Positions 43,484 through 58,640 of a stretch of 64,000 bases of DNA are shown here, piece after piece. The stretch is taken from positions 16,058,001 to 16,122,000 of the forward strand of contig OX597832.1 in the NCBI GenBank assembly GCA_951406725.2. The letters run 5' to 3'. This stretch comes from Octopus vulgaris. Its lineage: Eukaryota. The notes below the pieces were generated by a model. That model was not told the origin of the DNA. It was given only the letters and a program-made list of their open reading frames with translations, and did not search any database. Each line of letters starts with the position of its first letter. Positions within the stretch are counted from its first letter, which is position 1. Made by a program: the position numbers and the translations under genes.

Positions 43484-43546
<63 letters not shown>

Positions 43547-44689
43547 ACCGCTGCTGCTGCTACTACTAATGCTACTATTACCGCTGGGGCTGCTACTACT
43601 AAAACAACTACTACAAATGAAGCAATGTTTGTTCTATGTAATATGGCTATGAATACGATACATCTACGATATGGATACAATATATATATATATATATATA
43701 TGATCTATATGATATATATATGATATATATGATATATCTACTTTTTATCCACGGTCGTTAATTACTTTCATGCATTAATAAAACAAAAAAGCATGTCTAC
43801 AAATATTTTTTGGCTCAACCAATTCGTTTTTATCCAAACCGAGTCGTTCATTATTGCTTAAAAATATTAACCGCTTCAGAATCTTGGTTAACATAATGTG
43901 CGTGCTTGCTCTTTCAAGACTCTTCAAATTCCATTGCAACTGGATGTTTATTAATTCGTATTGACGAAGAAGCAGCGGTTTAAACTGCAAAATATTAGCA
44001 TATAATAACGTTAAGGTTTCTGTAAAATCCATAGAGATTTTGTATGGCTTATCATATTTGCTTGATGTGAAGCGTCAACATTTCTAACGTTCCCAATATA
44101 CGAGCCTTAACACTTTCTATACTCATAAAAGCCAAACGTGTTGACACCTTCGATATTTATTGGGATTTCTTTTAAGAATATTAGCAAAACAAATATTCGA
44201 AGATACCCACCGGATCTGAAATATTCAGGAGGTATGTCGATAGCATCATCAACTGATTGTGATGGAAAAATAACAAAAGAAAATGTGAAGAGAAAATGCC
44301 ACGAATAGGAGTAGATTAAAAATATTATTTTTTCATGAGGTAAATGAAGAGCTAGCGCCCAGCTGTTCCGTATGTTAGAAGTGATCAGGTATTAAATAAT
44401 ATTTAGAGCCGATTTCGTTGTCATTTATCTCCATGTGATGTTGAATGAGGTGGCATGGTGTTGTTTGTATATGAACAATTTATAATGAGAATGTAGAGAC
44501 GATAAATACCTCCTTTCAACAGAAGCTGATTGAATTTTTTTCTAAATACATTGCAAGACACTGGACGTACTCAGATAATGAATATTGACTAACATTTAAG
44601 CAATTTATAGACTTCATGTTTAGGTATTCGACGTATTTGATACCTGAAATGTAGACACATGGCATTCTGTACTTTCCGGATTCTGAATA

Positions 44690-44908
44690 CTCTCTCTTTT
44701 ACTCTTTTACTTGTTTCAGTCAGCTGACTGCGGCCATGCTGGAGCACCACTTTTTAGTCGAGTAAATCGACCCCAGAACTTATTCTTTGTAAGCCTAGTA
44801 CTTATTCTATCGGCCACTTATGCTGATCCGCTAAGTCACGAGGACGTAAACACACCACCGTCGGTTGTCAAGCAATGGTGGGGGACAAACACAAACATAC
44901 AAACATAT

Positions 44909-44979
<71 letters not shown>

Positions 44980-45141
44980 TACGACCGGCTCCTTCCAGTT
45001 TCCGTCTACCAAATCCACCCACAAGGCTTTGGTCGCCCCGAGGCTATATTAGAAGACACTTGCCCAAGTTGCCACGCAGTGAGAATGAACCCGCAACCAA
45101 GTGGTTGGTAAACAAGCTACTTACCACACAGTCATTCCTGT
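44690..45141 (-). mobile_element. Full-length tRNA-derived SINE (family of 5365-5753)
   Basis: Colinear with 5365-5753; internal (TA)n expansion; (gtaaaaga)n tail. Confidence 0.88.
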
Positions 45142-46183
45142 AATAAGTAAGTTTTGAATAGACTTTAAATAGTTCAAGCTCTATTGGTACATACAACCCA
45201 CAGAACTTGATTATATTTTGAAAATCAGTGTTGTTACACTACCCCGGGTTGTTGAACACAAATAAATAATAGTTTATTTCGACAATTTACTAGAAATAAA
45301 TAATAATGGAAAATTTACACAGCGGAAATTTTACGAAAACAAATCTTGAAATAGATATTGTAATATCATTGTGTATGGAGTAAGTTCGGAAGTAATATGA
45401 TATTCCTTGCGCAATATCTCTGACAAGAAATCTACATAACATAAAACGTCCATCCAAAGCAAGACACATTTATCCTGTATACATTTATATGCAGGGGCAT
45501 GACTGTATGCTCATAGTTTTGCTTCCCAGACGCGTTCTGTTAAGAGCGTACAGTACAGTAAAATGCTCGTCCACCTACAGATTCCATTTTGTGCTAACCT
45601 GTTGTAGTCCTATACGTACTTCACTGCTTGCATTAGATACCTGTCGTTTAAGAATAGATAATTGAAGAAAATTATCTTTGTGTACATGCGTGTCGGTGTG
45701 GTGTGCGTCCATGAGCGTTAGTATGTATATGAATGTATAAGGGAATGAACTTTTATGTGTATATATAATGCGACTCTTTGAGGTCAGTTAAGAACAATTG
45801 CATATTTAATCAACTTTGAATAACTAATCAACAGTAAAGAGAAATCAAATGATCATCTCTTTAAAACGGTAACCTTTTTACTAGTAGCAGAATCACAATT
45901 ACGCTATAACTAGATATTCAAAAATGTTTGCCAAAGTCCTTTAGCAATTAATAAATTTATGCCATGACAGGCAGAGAGGATATTAATTGGGCCAAGAATT
46001 GTGAACTAACTGAGTGAGTATTTACATATCACCTGAGGAAATACAACCAGATGTTACAATGCAGGGAAACGGTAACATAACCAAGTACCGTCTCACCGGG
46101 AAAGCTACTTTGTGCAGAAAGGATTCTAATGGTTAAATACTAAATGACCAACCACACACCTACTTGTTGACTCGATTTGTTTC

Positions 46184-46499
<316 letters not shown>

Positions 46500-48859
46500 A
46501 TATATATATAAATACACACACAGACACACATATATATATATTATGAATTTCGTGTGTAAATAAAATATATCACAATTTAGTTTTTAATAATGGTATATAC
46601 AAAAGTATATTTCCTACTTCATTATAAATTCTTAATATATTATATACATTTTATAGAAAATTTAAAGAATAATAATTATCATTGATCATTGCAAGATACA
46701 AAATACAAAATACAAAATACAAAAAATATTACCCTGACCAGATTCATATACATAAATGTGATTTATGTTTAGGGAATCTTCACTCATTGATATGATTCGA
46801 TACAAATTGTAGGCTATACATTTATTTTGATTATTCGTTATATCATATGATATCATATTATAAAGTTTATAAATTCATCAATTACTTTTTTCTAGTTCCT
46901 TTAATATCTATTTATATTACATGTGTGTATATGTGTGTGCTTGTATGCCTATCCGAATTTTCCTGGACATCGCTCATGATGTTATTTATATCCCAGAGCC
47001 ATGCCTAATGAAACAATCAATGCCTAACACTCAGTTCAATGAATACCCTACATTCAACTTCGATTAAATAGAACCCAGCTTTCTACTCCGCGTACTGAGA
47101 TTCATGGAGGATGTGCTTATAACGGTCAATTATCCGAATCTGATGGCCTTCAGGGTATCTTCATGAAGATCTACTAACTTGGTCAGAATGACTGGTTTCT
47201 TTTTCTGAATTCATATATCTGCTTACTTCGTAACTTGTATGGGCAACAATCTATGGAACCACGGTAAAGTATGTGTGTGTGTCTGTGTTTTGATGTATGC
47301 CTTTTCGATATCTTCCCTAAGTTTTATGAATACAATCAATGAATCATATTTCATCTTAAAACTATATTGAATATACACTCCTATGATACGAAGCTGTTGA
47401 ATCAATACAGGGAATGCTAAATTTGTTAACATATCATCACTACGCAGTTGCAAATATGGCTTTGCGTGAGCATTCTTTAAATTGTTAGCAATAGAATAAT
47501 CTACCAAAGGAATGTGTACTTTATAAACATGTATGGAATATTTTTGTTTCTGTTTTCAATATAACTTTTAGAATGCTGTGATTTTTCTGATCCTGTTTGT
47601 AAATTATAATAATATTTTCCAGCGCGGCCGTAATCTTAATTAATTTTCTTTTCATTTGCTCCTTTATAATATATAATTGCTCTGCATTTCAGTATAGCAT
47701 ATTTGCGCAGTTGCTAAATATAGTAACATTTTTAATGTATTAATTATAAGAAATACTGTTTCCATTCCTTTCTCGTATGAATAATGGATCAGTTTATTAA
47801 GTGCAAGTATTCTATTCAGAAGCTAATGCAATCACATGCTCATTGCTTTCCTTCAAAACCTTCCCAAATAAAGCTCTTTAAATCGTAATCAACTCTCCCC
47901 ACACTCATTGAATGCATATATTACAAATGCACCGAATTTTATACCTCTGCACCGACGGGCAGAAACTTGAAAGGTGCTTTAATCTTAGGATTTGTTTAGA
48001 GAGAATTAGCACTAAATTCGCTAAATTATTGTTCAGCCATACACGTTTCTTCGCGCTCTAATGTATGTATGCTATTTCTGTGATAGTAACTGTAAGATCA
48101 TCAGGTTTAGCCTTAACAAAAGTAAAAAAAATATTTGTAAAAAATTTTGCAGGCGTGATGTTGTTCGTCTTGAAAATATTTTACTCCTATTTGTCAAACG
48201 GAAATTCAACATTCTAATACACTGGAATTAAGGATAATTCAAGTTAATATCTGTGTTAATCTTTTTCATTTACGTTCGTCATCCGATTTGAAAACGATAT
48301 AGAAAATTGCTAATTGAATTTTGCACAGCATCACAATCTCAGAATATATCATAAGGAATCATGGTTTAAATCTATGAAATCTATTGCGTACTCCAAATTG
48401 ATTCCTTGCTTTGGAAATGCATTTTATAATTGATTTCGATTATATTTTGGTTCCAGTTTTTAATTAAAATTTAAATAATACTTTAACATAGTCCTCCTTT
48501 GCAATTTTGTTCAATGCAAGTCCTTGCAGTTACATTCGGAAAGGCTGCGTATTTACCAAATCAGCTATTTATTAAATTATTGGCATATTAGTGGGGTATG
48601 AAAAATACACGACGTTAGGCAGAAATCTGTTCTCTATTCTGAACTGAATAAGGTTAAACAGCAAGAAATACATTAATAGCACACCATCATTGCATAATAA
48701 CTGTACGGTTACTATTAAATGTTTTTAACAACTGTGTGTATTAGTCAGGGTCATGTAGCGATTTTATGTATATACAGACACACACTTCACTGATATGTAA
48801 ATCATGTTGTACAAGTCGAAACCATGGATGGGCTGTAACTAATTAAGGCATTAGATGCT

Positions 48860-49295
48860 ATACCAATGCCCGACCTTGATGTCGTTGTAATGTACGAAAG
48901 GCACCGTCCACTTCATGTCGATTTTGGAGAAGGCAGTTCAATGGTTTAGGGTTCAAAATCCCACAGCTCGTCGATACCCTACCACAAACATTAAAGAAAC
49001 CTGTATAATGAGGACTTAGGTTTATTGAAAAAAGAAAGAGCTATTCTTGTCTCCACAACAGAGGTTGAACCTACGGCCCGGCCAGATTTACAAATGGTGA
49101 AAGTGGTGTCAACTCCCTCATTCACCAAAAGGGCCTACAACCATGAAGAAAACACATAGGGGAGTAGTGATATGAAATAACACGTCCTTCGGGAATTCAG
49201 GTGAACAATATTTATACGTATAAGTGGAAAATCTCATTGCTGCTCCAGCGTGTCTACAACCGCGTGGGTATTTCGAATGCAACAATAAAAGAATA
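48860..49295 (+). mobile_element. Decayed CR1/L2-group LINE 3' end
   Basis: FKIPQLVDTLPQTLK..LGLLKKE..EPTAR..NSLIHQ (cf. FxGPxLFNxLP..FK..LD..PDEP..SNSL); tail gctccagcgtgtctacaac...aataaaagaata. Confidence 0.55.
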
Positions 49296-49360
49296 CACAC
49301 ACGCGCGCACATATATATGTGTGTATATTTATATACACACAAGAACATACACACACGCAA

Positions 49361-49405
<45 letters not shown>

Positions 49406-52097
49406 CGTATACATATATACGTATGTATGTACGGATAAACTGCAGTTTTGGCAAACATAAAAAAACCAAACCAATTTGGATATATGTCCCTTTGAAATTA
49501 ATCATAGTGTAATGGAAATTGTATTGTATATTTTATATATCTTATGTTCGAATAGAAATATATTGCAGCAGTATAATTCGTCATTCAGTATTTTCTGGTA
49601 GGTTTTTATAATTCTTATTATTCATATGAGACCGTTTTGATGACTACAGTAATTTGTATTGAAAATGTAATATTTCATATATTTTTTGGGGAAGTGTAGA
49701 CAATTATCTATATTCTGTATAATGAATTATATATCTCACTACAGACTTAAATTTACCATAAATATTATATTTCTAACACAGAATTACATAAATGCATCAA
49801 TACCTGGGTATTGGTTAGTCTATTTAGAATTACAACTCTGTTTCTGAAGAGATTATTTTCATTAATACTCTACCAAATTCAGGAAATGTCCAGTATTAAG
49901 AAAACATCCAGTGAGTTTAAATGTTTATTTTTCGTAATTTTCTGTTATATTTAGTAATGAAAGGGAAGATATATGTTAATATTTGGAAAAATTCAAACGG
50001 CTTTGCTTATGCATATGGTAATAGTAATTGACGTCCGCACTTCGTTTCTTTTCTACTTTCTATTTTAATAGTGGGCGAATGTTTTGCCCCTCGCCGATTG
50101 CAGGATTTCAGTGACTTTATGAAGCTTTAGAGAATATACCTGTATAGATGAAATCTTTATATTCTTGTTCATCTTTACGTTGGAATATGTGTCAATACTC
50201 CTGAGTCGTAACCCATATTTTTTACTGAATCGTCTATATATTTATATTCGTTGTAAACTGTGACCAGTCACAACTCAAAGAAAAAAATGCTTCTGCTTAA
50301 TGTAATAAATACCCGTGTAATATTTGTAATTATAAAACTCCATAAACAGTGAAATCACCTTCACTGTGAACGTTAATTTCAATTACTTATTTGTTCTCCT
50401 ATCACATTCCGACTTATTCAAAAAGTAGAAACATGTTTACTGCTTGCTAAGTGCATATATGCTTTTAGAACAGCAGAGATAATCTTGCTATATAAGGTTC
50501 TGCTGTTACACAAGTTTATCGAAGCTACGTAAGAGTAAGCTTATCTTAAATTTGTAAGAAATTGTTTTTCTTGAAATAAAAAGGAGTACTTATATTTAAT
50601 CAAAAAAGTGATTTTATAATTCTGTATGCTTCTTAAGCGTTACTTACCATGAAAATCCATCTCGTATAAAAACGCCTGTGAACGCACATCATCAAATTTG
50701 GAAACTCTATGAAATTCCCTTCCAAATATCGTTAATATTAAAAGGAATCTACAATTTTAAACCTAAAAAAAACCACTTTGGATACATGTTAATCATTAAA
50801 AAAAATAATAAATTCTATAAACACTAAATCGCGTGATGCTTAAACAGTTGAATCAACTTTTTACACAGCTGCATATAATAAGGACACAATTCATTCAACA
50901 CGACAACTACAACAGTACCTATGCTTCACTTAGTTTGACCGAGGTTAGTAGATTAAATCTTCTATGCTTCAGGGCACATCAGAACGCCATCAGAAATGTA
51001 CATTATCACAAAATGCAACAAACACATTGGTAATAGTAATATTCATAGCCTAAAGGGTCAAGACATTGCCACCGGCATTGTCTACGTATTTCATAAAAAT
51101 ACAATTAATAAACTGAATATATTAATACATAATATGCATATATGAATATTATTTGTATCAACATATAAAAGCAGAATATTCTAAAATTCATTTGATTATC
51201 TTTTTTTTTCTTTGTTTAAAAGCAGACGGAAAGTTTTCAGAGATGTAGGACCATAAAAATAAAATTATATCGATTATGTCTATTGGCCACAATGCGAATT
51301 GCTAAATATTTAAAGGAACATAGGCATTAGAATGAATGTATATACTCGCTCAAATTTTTGGCATCGTAGATATCTAGTTTATTTTAAGCGAGATTTGAAA
51401 GTGGCTTGCTGAGATCTACTGATTTATTCATTGTACAATCTGACACTGAAATTTCAGTATAATATTAAAAGAAATAATAAAATTCTAAAGGTAGAATCTT
51501 ACATATAGCACTATATTTTCCTAAGAACAAATACGAATAAATGAAATATATGCAGTCCAATCCCACAAAACAGCGATGATTTGAAGATTAATAACCATGT
51601 TAATGCGCGAAGAGGTTAGCAGCCAATAGCTTCACACACAAACTGAGTGAAAAGACAAGCGAATACTCTGCAATAAAAGTTTTACAAAGCTTACCTATAA
51701 TGCATTTAATTGTCTGTTTGTAACGCATTCACTATATGCAATATGAAAAAGGCATGACATATGAAACAATGTGCCAGAATCATAATGTCCATAATTTGAT
51801 TTTATCCAAAGTATCATTTTAAGAATAAATCTGAATAGTATGTGAGAATAATATAAATACGAACACTGGAAAGTCACCGCTTTATTTTTACGGGAAGATT
51901 AAAACGAAAGATTCAGCTGAAATTGTCATATACATGAACGTACGAATTTATGCAGTGATAAATCATTTAAGCGAAGCTGAGAAAATGGCGTGTGCGAAGC
52001 TGCATTTTCCCTGAACAAATCTATGAACAAAATCACGCGTTCTCGTGTTTTTCAAAATCTTCAGTTTCTTTCCCTGATAAATAAATTAACCCCATAC

Positions 52098-52190
<93 letters not shown>

Positions 52191-52853
52191 CCTCATACAT
52201 ATCTTTTAAATGCTGAAAACACGCGACCATCCACATTACTGCGTAAACACAGTTTCGCGCAAAAATTTACACACTCAACCAAATCTACACGAACATTGAG
52301 CGTTACTAAATAACATCCAATTTTAGACAGAATATAACTACGAGTGTAGCAAATATTGAGAAGAGCAGGAATTTCATTCAAACACTGAACGTAAATTTGA
52401 AAACCTTGAACTGGGGTCCTTGAAGTAAAGTGGGATTGATATGATAGAAACATACATTAAATGAAACTAATATAAATATGTAAAATGTCGAAGGATTTTG
52501 GGAAGAAAAAATAAATATTGTTGAGTGATCGTCATTCAGTTAAAATCTAAACATAAATCTTGATATAATACACCTCATATTCCATTAGAACGAATTATCT
52601 TTCGGACAATATAAAACATGGCAATTAAAGGTTGTATTAAAAACAAAAAAAAATTACTCGACGCTTTTTCAAGATATTTACTGCCAGCATTGTATATAAC
52701 AAATAGTCAACAATTGTGCATAGTATAAAAAACAAAAAAACGAGTAAAAGTAGGTGCAATTGATAGATTCTTATAATATATAAAACAAGTATATATACGT
52801 TTATTAATATTTAGCCGAAGCAATAGGGCGTCTCAATCACCTAGATTTTCCTG

Positions 52854-52927
<74 letters not shown>

Positions 52928-53005
52928 CTAGGTTCGTCGTAATAACAGTGTAGCACAAAACGGCGGTGCATCAGCATGGCCGCAGCTCTGAAACTAGAAA
53001 TATAT

Positions 53006-53075
<70 letters not shown>

Positions 53076-53411
53076 TTCACTGCACATAGAAAAAGTATTT
53101 AATTGAGGAACGAGAATTGACGAGGCAGTGAGAAGATGTAGTGCATTGTGATGGTTTTCAAAATATTTCGAAAAAGACGGAAAGGTTTAAAATATATATA
53201 TATATCACTACTAAAGCCAATCGATTTTGTTCGTTATTCCACTGCTAGATTTTGCATATTAGTTATCATAATTTATTCTCTAGAACTTGATTTTAGAGTC
53301 TGAGTCTCCTGAATTATTCAGTCACGATATGTATGTATGTGTGTTTGTATGTATGTGTGTGAATTCGTGTCTGTGTGTAAATATATATATGGATGTATCT
53401 GTGTGAGCGTC

Positions 53412-53599
<188 letters not shown>

Positions 53600-53742
53600 A
53601 TATATATGTATATATATTGGAAGGTTTGGAGATGATGTACAGGTATTTTATATTAGAAGAAATGAGGTACTCAGAAAATCGGATGGTTTATATTTACAGA
53701 TATTTATTTGTATATATACATATATGTATGTATGTATGTATA

Positions 53743-53777
<35 letters not shown>

Positions 53778-53850
53778 GTATATATATGAACATATATACA
53801 TGTATATATATATGTATATATATATATATATATATATACATATATATATT

Positions 53851-54000
<150 letters not shown>

Positions 54001-54213
54001 AGGTTATGTAATTCGCTGTATGTAAAAGAATTTAACGCAGAGGAGTTAAAAAATACAATTCCGATATACATACGTTTATCTTACTTTTTCTCAGCAATTA
54101 ACTGTGATCTCAGACAATGAATTTTGACAAATGCAGTTTGTCATAAAGATAAAGTTTCGACGAAGCAATTCTTGCTTAGAAAAAATAGATAAAAATCAAT
54201 AGGTTGAGTAGGT

Positions 54214-54254
<41 letters not shown>

Positions 54255-54255
54255 T

Positions 54256-54462
54256 AACGGGAAGCTTTATGAAAATAGACAAAAGACGAAGGCAGGTGGA
54301 AAACAAACGAACAATTGTATTAGTATGGTGCTCAGGAAATATAAATAAAACAAGTCTTTAACGTTTCGAGCCTACGCTCTTCAACAGAAAGATACACAGA
54401 GAGAAAAAAACACAGAAAGAAGGAGAGAAAAAAAAATGCGTGCAGTAGCTAACGAATCAACA
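54256..54462 (-). mobile_element. Penelope-like pLTR fragment with hammerhead-like motif, family A copy 3
   Basis: Reverse complement tcttt CTGTTGA a gagc gtag gctc GAAA cg TT aaaga (54355-54392); TA tracts at both ends. Confidence 0.75.
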
Positions 54463-54497
54463 TATATATATATATATATAACCTACTCAACCTATTG

Positions 54498-54539
<42 letters not shown>

Positions 54540-54992
54540 TAATAAGGTTGTTGAATTATTAAATACACCAGTCTGCTAGAAATAAACTCCAAATGATTTA
54601 TCAACCACTTAGATTATTACTCCACTACACAAAGTTGTAAGCGAGGAAAATAGAGAGCGAGGATGTATTAAACTTACCGAACATATATAATAAGCAAATA
54701 TTTATGTTCGGTATGTAAAGAAAGATGAGCGAAACGGGTTTTTAATACCTCGAACTGTGAAATCTATAAAGTTGGGACTATCCAAATTAGTTTATATATA
54801 CTCGTTTACAACCTTGTGTAGTGGAGTTATAATCGAAGTGTTTCATAGATCACTTAGGGTCTATTTCTAGTAGACTCGTGTAGTGATCATTAAACATCCT
54901 TGTTATAAATTTTACAGAAAGAAATTTACCATTATGTTATTTTTACTATACTGGCTACTGATAAATCATTAAATAAAGATTTTATCCTAATT
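54540..54992. mobile_element. Older fold-back insert in (TA)n
   Basis: 54540-54645 and 54800-54905 are imperfect inverted repeats; the right arm extends to (TA)n. Confidence 0.65.
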
Positions 54993-54993
54993 A

Positions 54994-55039
<46 letters not shown>

Positions 55040-55067
55040 AGTATATAAATATATAATATATATATAT

Positions 55068-56191
55068 ACCCAAGAAAAAGCACCAAAAGTGGATCAATAA
55101 TTCGGTACAATTGTTTCGTACGAAGACACCTTTATTAAGGCTGGAAATATTGCAGCAAATACACGTGGCCCGTTCACATCAGCCGAAAAAACATCTGAGT
55201 TCTCAAGACATGTAAGGGAGTGAGTTTACACTCATGAAACATTCGGGATAGTTCTATAAAAATCAGATTTAGATAATAAACGGACATCCAAAGTTCTCCA
55301 ATGTTGCACAGTCAAATAACAGGCTTTAAAATGTATTTTAAAGAACCTCTTAGTTTCACAGAAATTGAAAATGTAAATCCATCCATAATAATGAAAAAAT
55401 GTTTGAATTCTGGAGGTATGAAGAGAGATTTCATACTCACAGACGATGTATTTATCCATAATTAGTTCATAATAAAGTGGGTTTCCTGATGTTTGGAGGT
55501 ATGATGGTTGCATTTCTGATCATTTTTCAAAACTGCTATGTTACAATTTGTTGAATGTAATTTAGTGCAGCGTATAGACAATCACTCACGAAGGGTATTA
55601 ATGATAACTGAGAAGGAATGGGATTGTAAATATCCACCTACGCAGAATAGTTTCTTTCAGTAGAGACAAGCTGACTGGGTTGGAATTTGTAAGAATCTAA
55701 AGTTTAAAAAAAAGAAAGCTAATCTTGACCAGTATTCTGTTGATAATTGCCATATAAAGAGGACAAGGGAAGGTAAAGGCGGGTCAAAAGGTTATCACTA
55801 TAGGAAAAAGTATTAACAGATTTCAGCGCAACACTAGAAAAGATGTCATTCAATTTATTTCTTTATTAATTAATGTTACTACTTATAACTTGGCAGACTT
55901 CGGGACTGCATTTAGGGGTCAAAAGAAAGAATTGGGAGTATTGTTTTTCATAATGAAAAATCGTTATATTATTTCTATGGGATTATTTGTATGGGGTTAG
56001 GTTTAATTTACTTATAGTATATAAGAATTACGAAGTTTTATTAACTTATTTGCATTTCTGTTGCTTTTTTCTTGCTTATAATCACCACGCATTATCTTAT
56101 GGTTAATACCATATAGATTTCTGGTGTATCTAAGTTAAGTACCTCATTCATGTGAATTCAACGGAACTCACTTGAATCTTAATTACTTTAC

Positions 56192-56192
<1 letters not shown>
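55068..56192 (-). mobile_element. Decayed Penelope-like element 3' region with hammerhead motif
   Basis: Reverse complement ttcgg CTGATGt gaacg...cgtac GAAA caattg TA ccgaa at 55101-55187; upstream weak endonuclease-like remnants (FKIHFKA..LLSKSDF); TA tracts at both ends. Confidence 0.55.
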
Positions 56193-56249
<57 letters not shown>

Positions 56250-58149
56250 CTGGTATTATGTTGAATTGTAGTACATCCATATTTAGCCAATATACCTGGC
56301 AGTGTTATCGGAGAACTTTGCAGATTCACGTGTTTTGATCAAGAGCACAACGTATCCCGTCTAGGAATGGAAATTATGATGGCTAGTTTGCGAGTGCAAT
56401 ACCCTCACCACTAATCCATGCACCCTCACACACACTAAACATGCACACATACGTCCGCACGCACGTGCACTCACATGCACACATATATGTATAGATATAT
56501 ATGTTTATATATAGATAGGTGCACAGATATACGTGTTCTTGCATATGCGTGTATTGTTTCGAAATACACTTACGGTATTTCTATGTTAAACTTCTACCGA
56601 AGAAAGTTTCCATTCATTCCACCTGTGTCAGATGACCAATTTTTATGGAGAATATCCTGCTTTTTCTATGCGTATAATCATCAGTTTCCTGAGGATTTCC
56701 AGGCAACCTCCATGATTTTTAACAAGTGTCGCTATACAAGCTTGAAGAGCATTGCGTACGATCACTTAATGCCAATATCGATTTCCAAAACTTAGATTGA
56801 TGTGTTCGCACTTGCAAGGATTTTCAATATTTTATCCCCTAAAGATCCTGCCTCGGTAGAAGAAAAGCGAAAGCAATAAATCAATCAACGACTCACATCA
56901 AAGGAATGGAGTTATATACAGTTTGCAAAATTACAAACGAACCAATGAGGGAAACAAATGAAAGAAAATAGAGCGAAAGGAAACTTGAATTGATGGGGAA
57001 AAAGAAAACTGTAAGGACAAGAAGAAGGGAGAAATTAAAGAGAAGATTCCGGAGGAATAAATTAAGATAGAAGGAAAGGAAAAGAAAGGAGTCAGAATTT
57101 TTGGCAAAAGTAATTGTTTGAATAAGGTATGCCTTTCTGCTTCTTTGACTCAATTCTAGGAGATTCACTTGCAAATTATTTGTTTAACGTGGAAATTCCC
57201 TCTCATAAGTACTGGGGCTTAATGCCGAAAAGGCACATATTTATAGTCCTATAATATGTCTCCGAAAATATTTCTCGTTCATTTCATGCAGAATTCACGA
57301 CTTCTATTAGCATTTAAGTGGTTTAACCAGTTTTGGACAAGATTTAGTCTGGTAGTGTGCGTACCATATTTTTCTTTTAATATTGTGATCAAGTACAGAA
57401 AATTAATTACAAAGCACACCTCACCATTCTACAAAGTATCGACGTGGTTATCAAGTAATTTATCCTGTTAGTATCGTTTATCTTCAAACACATTACCTCT
57501 TTGATTACTTCAGCACATTACGAACTCATTTCACATCATCCACCTTCAGTGGAAAACTCTTTCTTATGAGTCACCATCTGATTTTCATTGACAGTACAAT
57601 CAAACTAATTAATAATTGCATGTTTTATAACATCGGCTCCTATGATGAGTAGGGTGTGTGCATCTCTTAATCTGTGTAGGTTTCAGTACTTCCTATCACT
57701 GTTATTTTGTGGACTTATGCTTGCTAAATACTAATTCTGAGCACTCTGATTTTGATTTTACTATTACTAAGTATATGGTTGTATTCATTTATGAAAGATC
57801 CATTTCAAAAGCCTTGATGCAATCCTGTTGTAGAATGGAATTAAGAAACAAAAGACAAACAAGGCCATATTTATTCTTACTTTTACAATTACAGGGTACT
57901 CACAAAAGCGCAGGCATGATATATGTGTGATGCCCTATACATCAGCATGAATTTGGTAGGATTGTTCTGTTTCCCTTTAGTGTTATATTATGTCAAGTCC
58001 GTAAGAACTTGGTGCAAATTACACTCTGTGTTGCTAGAATCGAAAATATTTTGCTTGAAGAACTACTTTGAGACATGATTGTGACAAGCCAGAATACTCT
58101 GTGTGGATTGTGCAAATGCTATCACCGAAATACACAGAACCTATTAAAA

Positions 58150-58640
58150 TATCAGCATATATTGGAGAAAACGTGTCATGTTATATAAGTTTCCATTTGT
58201 ACACTATATCAAACATATGCATTGCGTAAGGAAAATTATTATATCGTTTATGTAATATATATTTCTGTAATGTATATAAAGATCATGTGATAGATTACGG
58301 AGAATAATATTTGATCCCATTAGAATAATCAAAATATTGCCTTGTGAAACCCCTGACAAAATGTCTTCCGTAGTATTTGTCACAGAGATATAGGGGAAAT
58401 ACAATTATTGTAACGATGTAGTTATGGAGGTCTACATCGTTGCCTGAAGGCTGTAAAGTACATTGCGTGACAGGCATCGCACTTCATGTATATATGAATG
58501 GAACTTGACACTTTATTAATACAATGCTCTATATAATGCACCAGAAAGCAAATCAGCATGGGTCTAGCTGATGGAGCATGGCTTTATTTCAATGCCTCTA
58601 GGGAAGCAAGCTAGAAATTCCACAAAGTTACACCAAACTG
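58150..58640 (-). pseudogene. Decayed non-LTR reverse transcriptase fragment
   Basis: ILSGVSQGNIL (GVxQGxxL motif) followed at suitable spacing by YINDIII (YxDD-like). Confidence 0.5.
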
